A DNA stretch of 54,451 bases from an uncultured Candidatus Saccharibacteria bacterium (GTDB lineage Bacteria; Patescibacteriota; Minisyncoccia; Phycocordibacterales; UBA918): the NCBI GenBank assembly GCA_964425655.1, contig CAYRMU010000001.1, forward strand, positions 1-54,451. The letters run 5' to 3'. The stretch's first letter is position 1. Each line of letters starts with the position of its first letter. Shown in pieces: positions 52,004 to 54,451 of the stretch. The notes below the pieces were generated by a model. The model worked only from the letters and a program-made list of their open reading frames with translations, did no database searches and was not told the origin of the DNA. Position numbers and translations under genes: made by a program.

Positions 52004-53827
52004 TTACAAGTGCAAGCCTTTGGCTTTAGCCCAGACTTGAAGCTGCACCAAGTTCCAGATTGGATTCACAGCGTAGGTATCGCCTGCCACGTGTTCTGCA
52101 AGTAATCCGCGAGCTTGTTCCCAATCAATCATGTCACTCAGCGTACTGGAGTACCCAGTACTCATAACCTGGTTTAACTGATCATTAATTCTTTTATCTC
52201 GAAACCACTTGGCTGCCGGAGAAAGCCAACCGCGTTTTTTCCGTACAAAAAGGTGCGCGGGCAACACGTCACGGTAGACATTCCGTAATACCTTTTTACC
52301 GAGTCGCGGTGAGAGGTTCTTATGCAGTGGGATTGAAGCTGCGTGCGACAGTACGAGCTGATCCAAAAACGGAACACGGTACTCAAGTCCATGTGCCATG
52401 GTTGCCCTATCAGTCGAATGGAGTGACTCATCAGGCAACCAGAGGTGACTATCAGCAGCAATAAAACCTCGTACACCTTTTAGATCTTTAGCATACAGTT
52501 GATACTTTTCAGCAAGCATCCCTTCAGCAAAGCTAACGGTATCGAAGGAGTGTTTGATTATACTTGGAAAACGAGTCGAATTTGTAACCAATCGAGCATG
52601 AAAGGTAGGGCCAAGCGGCGAAGATAATTTCTTGGCGCGTGGGTAGAGCTCTCCTATCGCACTTTGCAGCGCCTTAGGTAACGACTGAAAATACTCTGCT
52701 ACGAGCGCCGCTCGATAGCGCGGATACCCCTTAAATACCTCATCACCCCCGTCCCCTCCCAAGGCCACCACAATCCCCTCTCCTCGCACCCATTCTGACA
52801 GCATGTATTTGGTAAAGGCGGTTGGGTTAGCCACCGGCTCATCGAGTGAAGCTAGGACGTCTTCGAGTCGAGAAGCAACATCGGCATGTGAAAGGGTAAA
52901 CAGTGTATGCCGGACACCATAATGTGCGGCAGTTTTTTCGGCAGTCAGGCTATCAAAATTAAATTTAGCCTGATTCTCTTCAGAATTGTCGTCCAGTTCA
53001 AAACCAAGTGAGAACGTCTTGATATCTGCCATTGCCGCAGCTGCATGGTGGAGCACAATGCTTGAGTCTAAGCCTCCAGAGAGAAATAATCCTACTTCTC
53101 GATCAGATATCAACTGGTGCGAAACTGCATCAGTGAGCACATCGTACGTCTTTCCCTTAGCTGCTTCTGATACAGCAATCGTCGAAGTGTCATACTGCAC
53201 CACTGATGAAACGCCCGCTCTATACGTCAGCACTTCTCCTGGCTGCAATTTTTTAACCTTCTCGATAATGGTGTAAGGGCTCGGGACGTACTGCATTGAA
53301 AGATACAGCGCTACCATGTCGCGAGAAAGTGCGGTGAAGCCGGCAGCAATCATTCCTTCTAGCTCAGAGGAAAATACGAGACCATTGTCACTCAGCGCGT
53401 AGTACAGTGGCTTTACCCCAGCGTGGTCACGAACCAGCACAATAGAATTATCGTTCTGGTCTAAGACAGCAAACGCAAAGATCCCCCTAAGTCGAGACAA
53501 CGCCGCCTGACCCCACGTGATATAGGCTGCCAGGAGTACTTCAGTATCCCCTTCTGTCTTGAACTGGTAGGTTGCTTTCAATTCTTCTCGGAGCTCTTTG
53601 AAGTTATAGATTTCTCCGTTGAAGACGATGACATACCGACCATCTTGACTCACCATTGGTTGATTGGACCTCGACGATAAATCAATAATAGCGAGGCGAT
53701 TGTGACCAAGTGTCGATGAACTGACCTGATACACCGATGAACCGTCAGGGCCACGATGCTTCGTAGCCAGATTCATCTTTGAAACCAATGTTTCGTTCGC
53801 CTTCGTTATGCCATTAATGCCGCACAT
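52004..53827 (-). CDS. asnB: asparagine synthase (glutamine-hydrolysing) family amidotransferase
   Basis: MCGINGI (Cys2 nucleophile) and the PP-loop LSGGLDSS. Confidence 0.9.
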   Translation of the reverse strand: MCGINGITKANETLVSKMNLATKHRGPDGSSVYQVSSSTLGHNRLAIIDLSSRSNQPMVSQDGRYVIVFNGEIYNFKELREELKATYQFKTEGDTEVLLAAYITWGQAALSRLRGIFAFAVLDQNDNSIVLVRDHAGVKPLYYALSDNGLVFSSELEGMIAAGFTALSRDMVALYLSMQYVPSPYTIIEKVKKLQPGEVLTYRAGVSSVVQYDTSTIAVSEAAKGKTYDVLTDAVSHQLISDREVGLFLSGGLDSSIVLHHAAAAMADIKTFSLGFELDDNSEENQAKFNFDSLTAEKTAAHYGVRHTLFTLSHADVASRLEDVLASLDEPVANPTAFTKYMLSEWVRGEGIVVALGGDGGDEVFKGYPRYRAALVAEYFQSLPKALQSAIGELYPRAKKLSSPLGPTFHARLVTNSTRFPSIIKHSFDTVSFAEGMLAEKYQLYAKDLKGVRGFIAADSHLWLPDESLHSTDRATMAHGLEYRVPFLDQLVLSHAASIPLHKNLSPRLGKKVLRNVYRDVLPAHLFVRKKRGWLSPAAKWFRDKRINDQLNQVMSTGYSSTLSDMIDWEQARGLLAEHVAGDTYAVNPIWNLVQLQVWAKAKGLHL

Positions 53828-53833
53828 AGAGGT

Positions 53834-54451
53834 TTAACTATCACGCTGAGTGACAGGCTTAATTATAAAATAGTACCCCAATATATACCGGGCACCATTT
53901 TTGGGACGAAGTAATAGAAAGATACTGTCAAGCCCATGGAAGCATAAAAAGATTGGTAAACGGGTAACCATAGGCAGCGATTGCATCAGCATTTGTGCTG
54001 CCGCCGTGAATGGCCCGCGTGCTAACGGCACTATTGTGTATTCAGTGATGCCGCATTCAGAAAAAATACGCTCTAGTGCTTCGTGCGTGTACCGAAAATA
54101 ATCTTTGTAGTCTGGGTGGTACCACATCAGAAATGGCACAACACCAATCAGCTGACCCCCTGGCTTCGTGATGCGATATACCTCTGACAAGATGTGTTTA
54201 TGGTTGTAGATATGCTCCATAACGTTCAAGAAAAGTACCGTATCATACGCACCGGTAGTGGCTGGCAGTGTATCGCTTTCAAAATCAATAACTGCACCGG
54301 CCTTTAGGTCAAATGTCTCTAGCCGAACACCCTCAGCTCGCGGCATAAAACTCAAATAATCTGCATTTTTGCCACCACCGACATCGATTACCGAGCCAAC
54401 AAGCGTGTCTTTCTTTAGCTGTGCGTTGTAGTAGGCGCGGATAACACTTTT
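53834..54451 (-). CDS. class I SAM-dependent methyltransferase; 5' end beyond right window edge
   Basis: The reading frame stays open upstream of the track start (TTG at 54355). Manual translation gives KSVIRAYYNAQLKKDTLVGSVIDVGGGKNADYLSFMPRAEG, containing SAM motif I VIDVGGG. FLNVMEHI and TKPGGQLI follow downstream. Confidence 0.7.
   Translation of the reverse strand, partial: KSVIRAYYNAQLKKDTLVGSVIDVGGGKNADYLSFMPRAEGVRLETFDLKAGAVIDFESDTLPATTGAYDTVLFLNVMEHIYNHKHILSEVYRITKPGGQLIGVVPFLMWYHPDYKDYFRYTHEALERIFSECGITEYTIVPLARGPFTAAAQMLMQSLPMVTRLPIFLCFHGLDSIFLLLRPKNGARYILGYYFIIKPVTQRDS

Overview
Gene-dense 54.4-kb window with about 50 CDS. I recognise no rRNA, tRNA, CRISPR array, transposase or integrase. 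The gene content suggests a streamlined monoderm bacterium, plausibly CPR/Patescibacteria (Saccharibacteria-like). That placement is inference from a split transketolase, a truncated ATP-synthase epsilon, a type IV pilin and many orphan surface proteins.

Gene order, almost all on the minus strand up to 34.3 kb:
- rpmE (partial, absent from the ORF track), a coiled-coil lytic transglycosylase, rplY, and a PfkB kinase.
- gap-rpiB-rpe-like-split tkt, with a type IV pilin-like gene as the last cistron.
- A surface locus at 8.35-17.1 kb. It holds a 1452-aa fibre protein (tandem modules, 7 LVIVD repeats, a phage-tail-fibre-type S74 self-cleaving chaperone domain, an acidic tail). Downstream lie two paralogous WxL-like secreted proteins flanking a DUF916/DUF3324-like anchored protein, then an FN3 anchored protein.
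- atpFHAGDC with no adjacent a/c subunit genes.
- Three orphan membrane proteins, then gatB, obg, a YvlD/holin-4-family protein and secA.
- An unlisted 58-aa Lys-rich histone-H1-like gene, preceded by an extremely AT-rich tract with a DnaA-box-like inverted pair.
- murB, then a Wzy_C/O-antigen-ligase-TPR protein.

From 34.3 kb to the right edge lies a visibly AT-richer 20-kb glycan island. It contains two gmd paralogues, six methyltransferases, a sulfotransferase-like gene, a GtrA/GtrB/GT-C module, Wzx, three GT4 genes, asnB, an SDR, a Nudix-like gene and an RfaE-II-cupin fusion.

The best candidate for an undescribed system is the fibre + WxL-like/DUF916-like + FN3 surface locus. All functional calls come from reading the translated sequences by eye; no searches were run.
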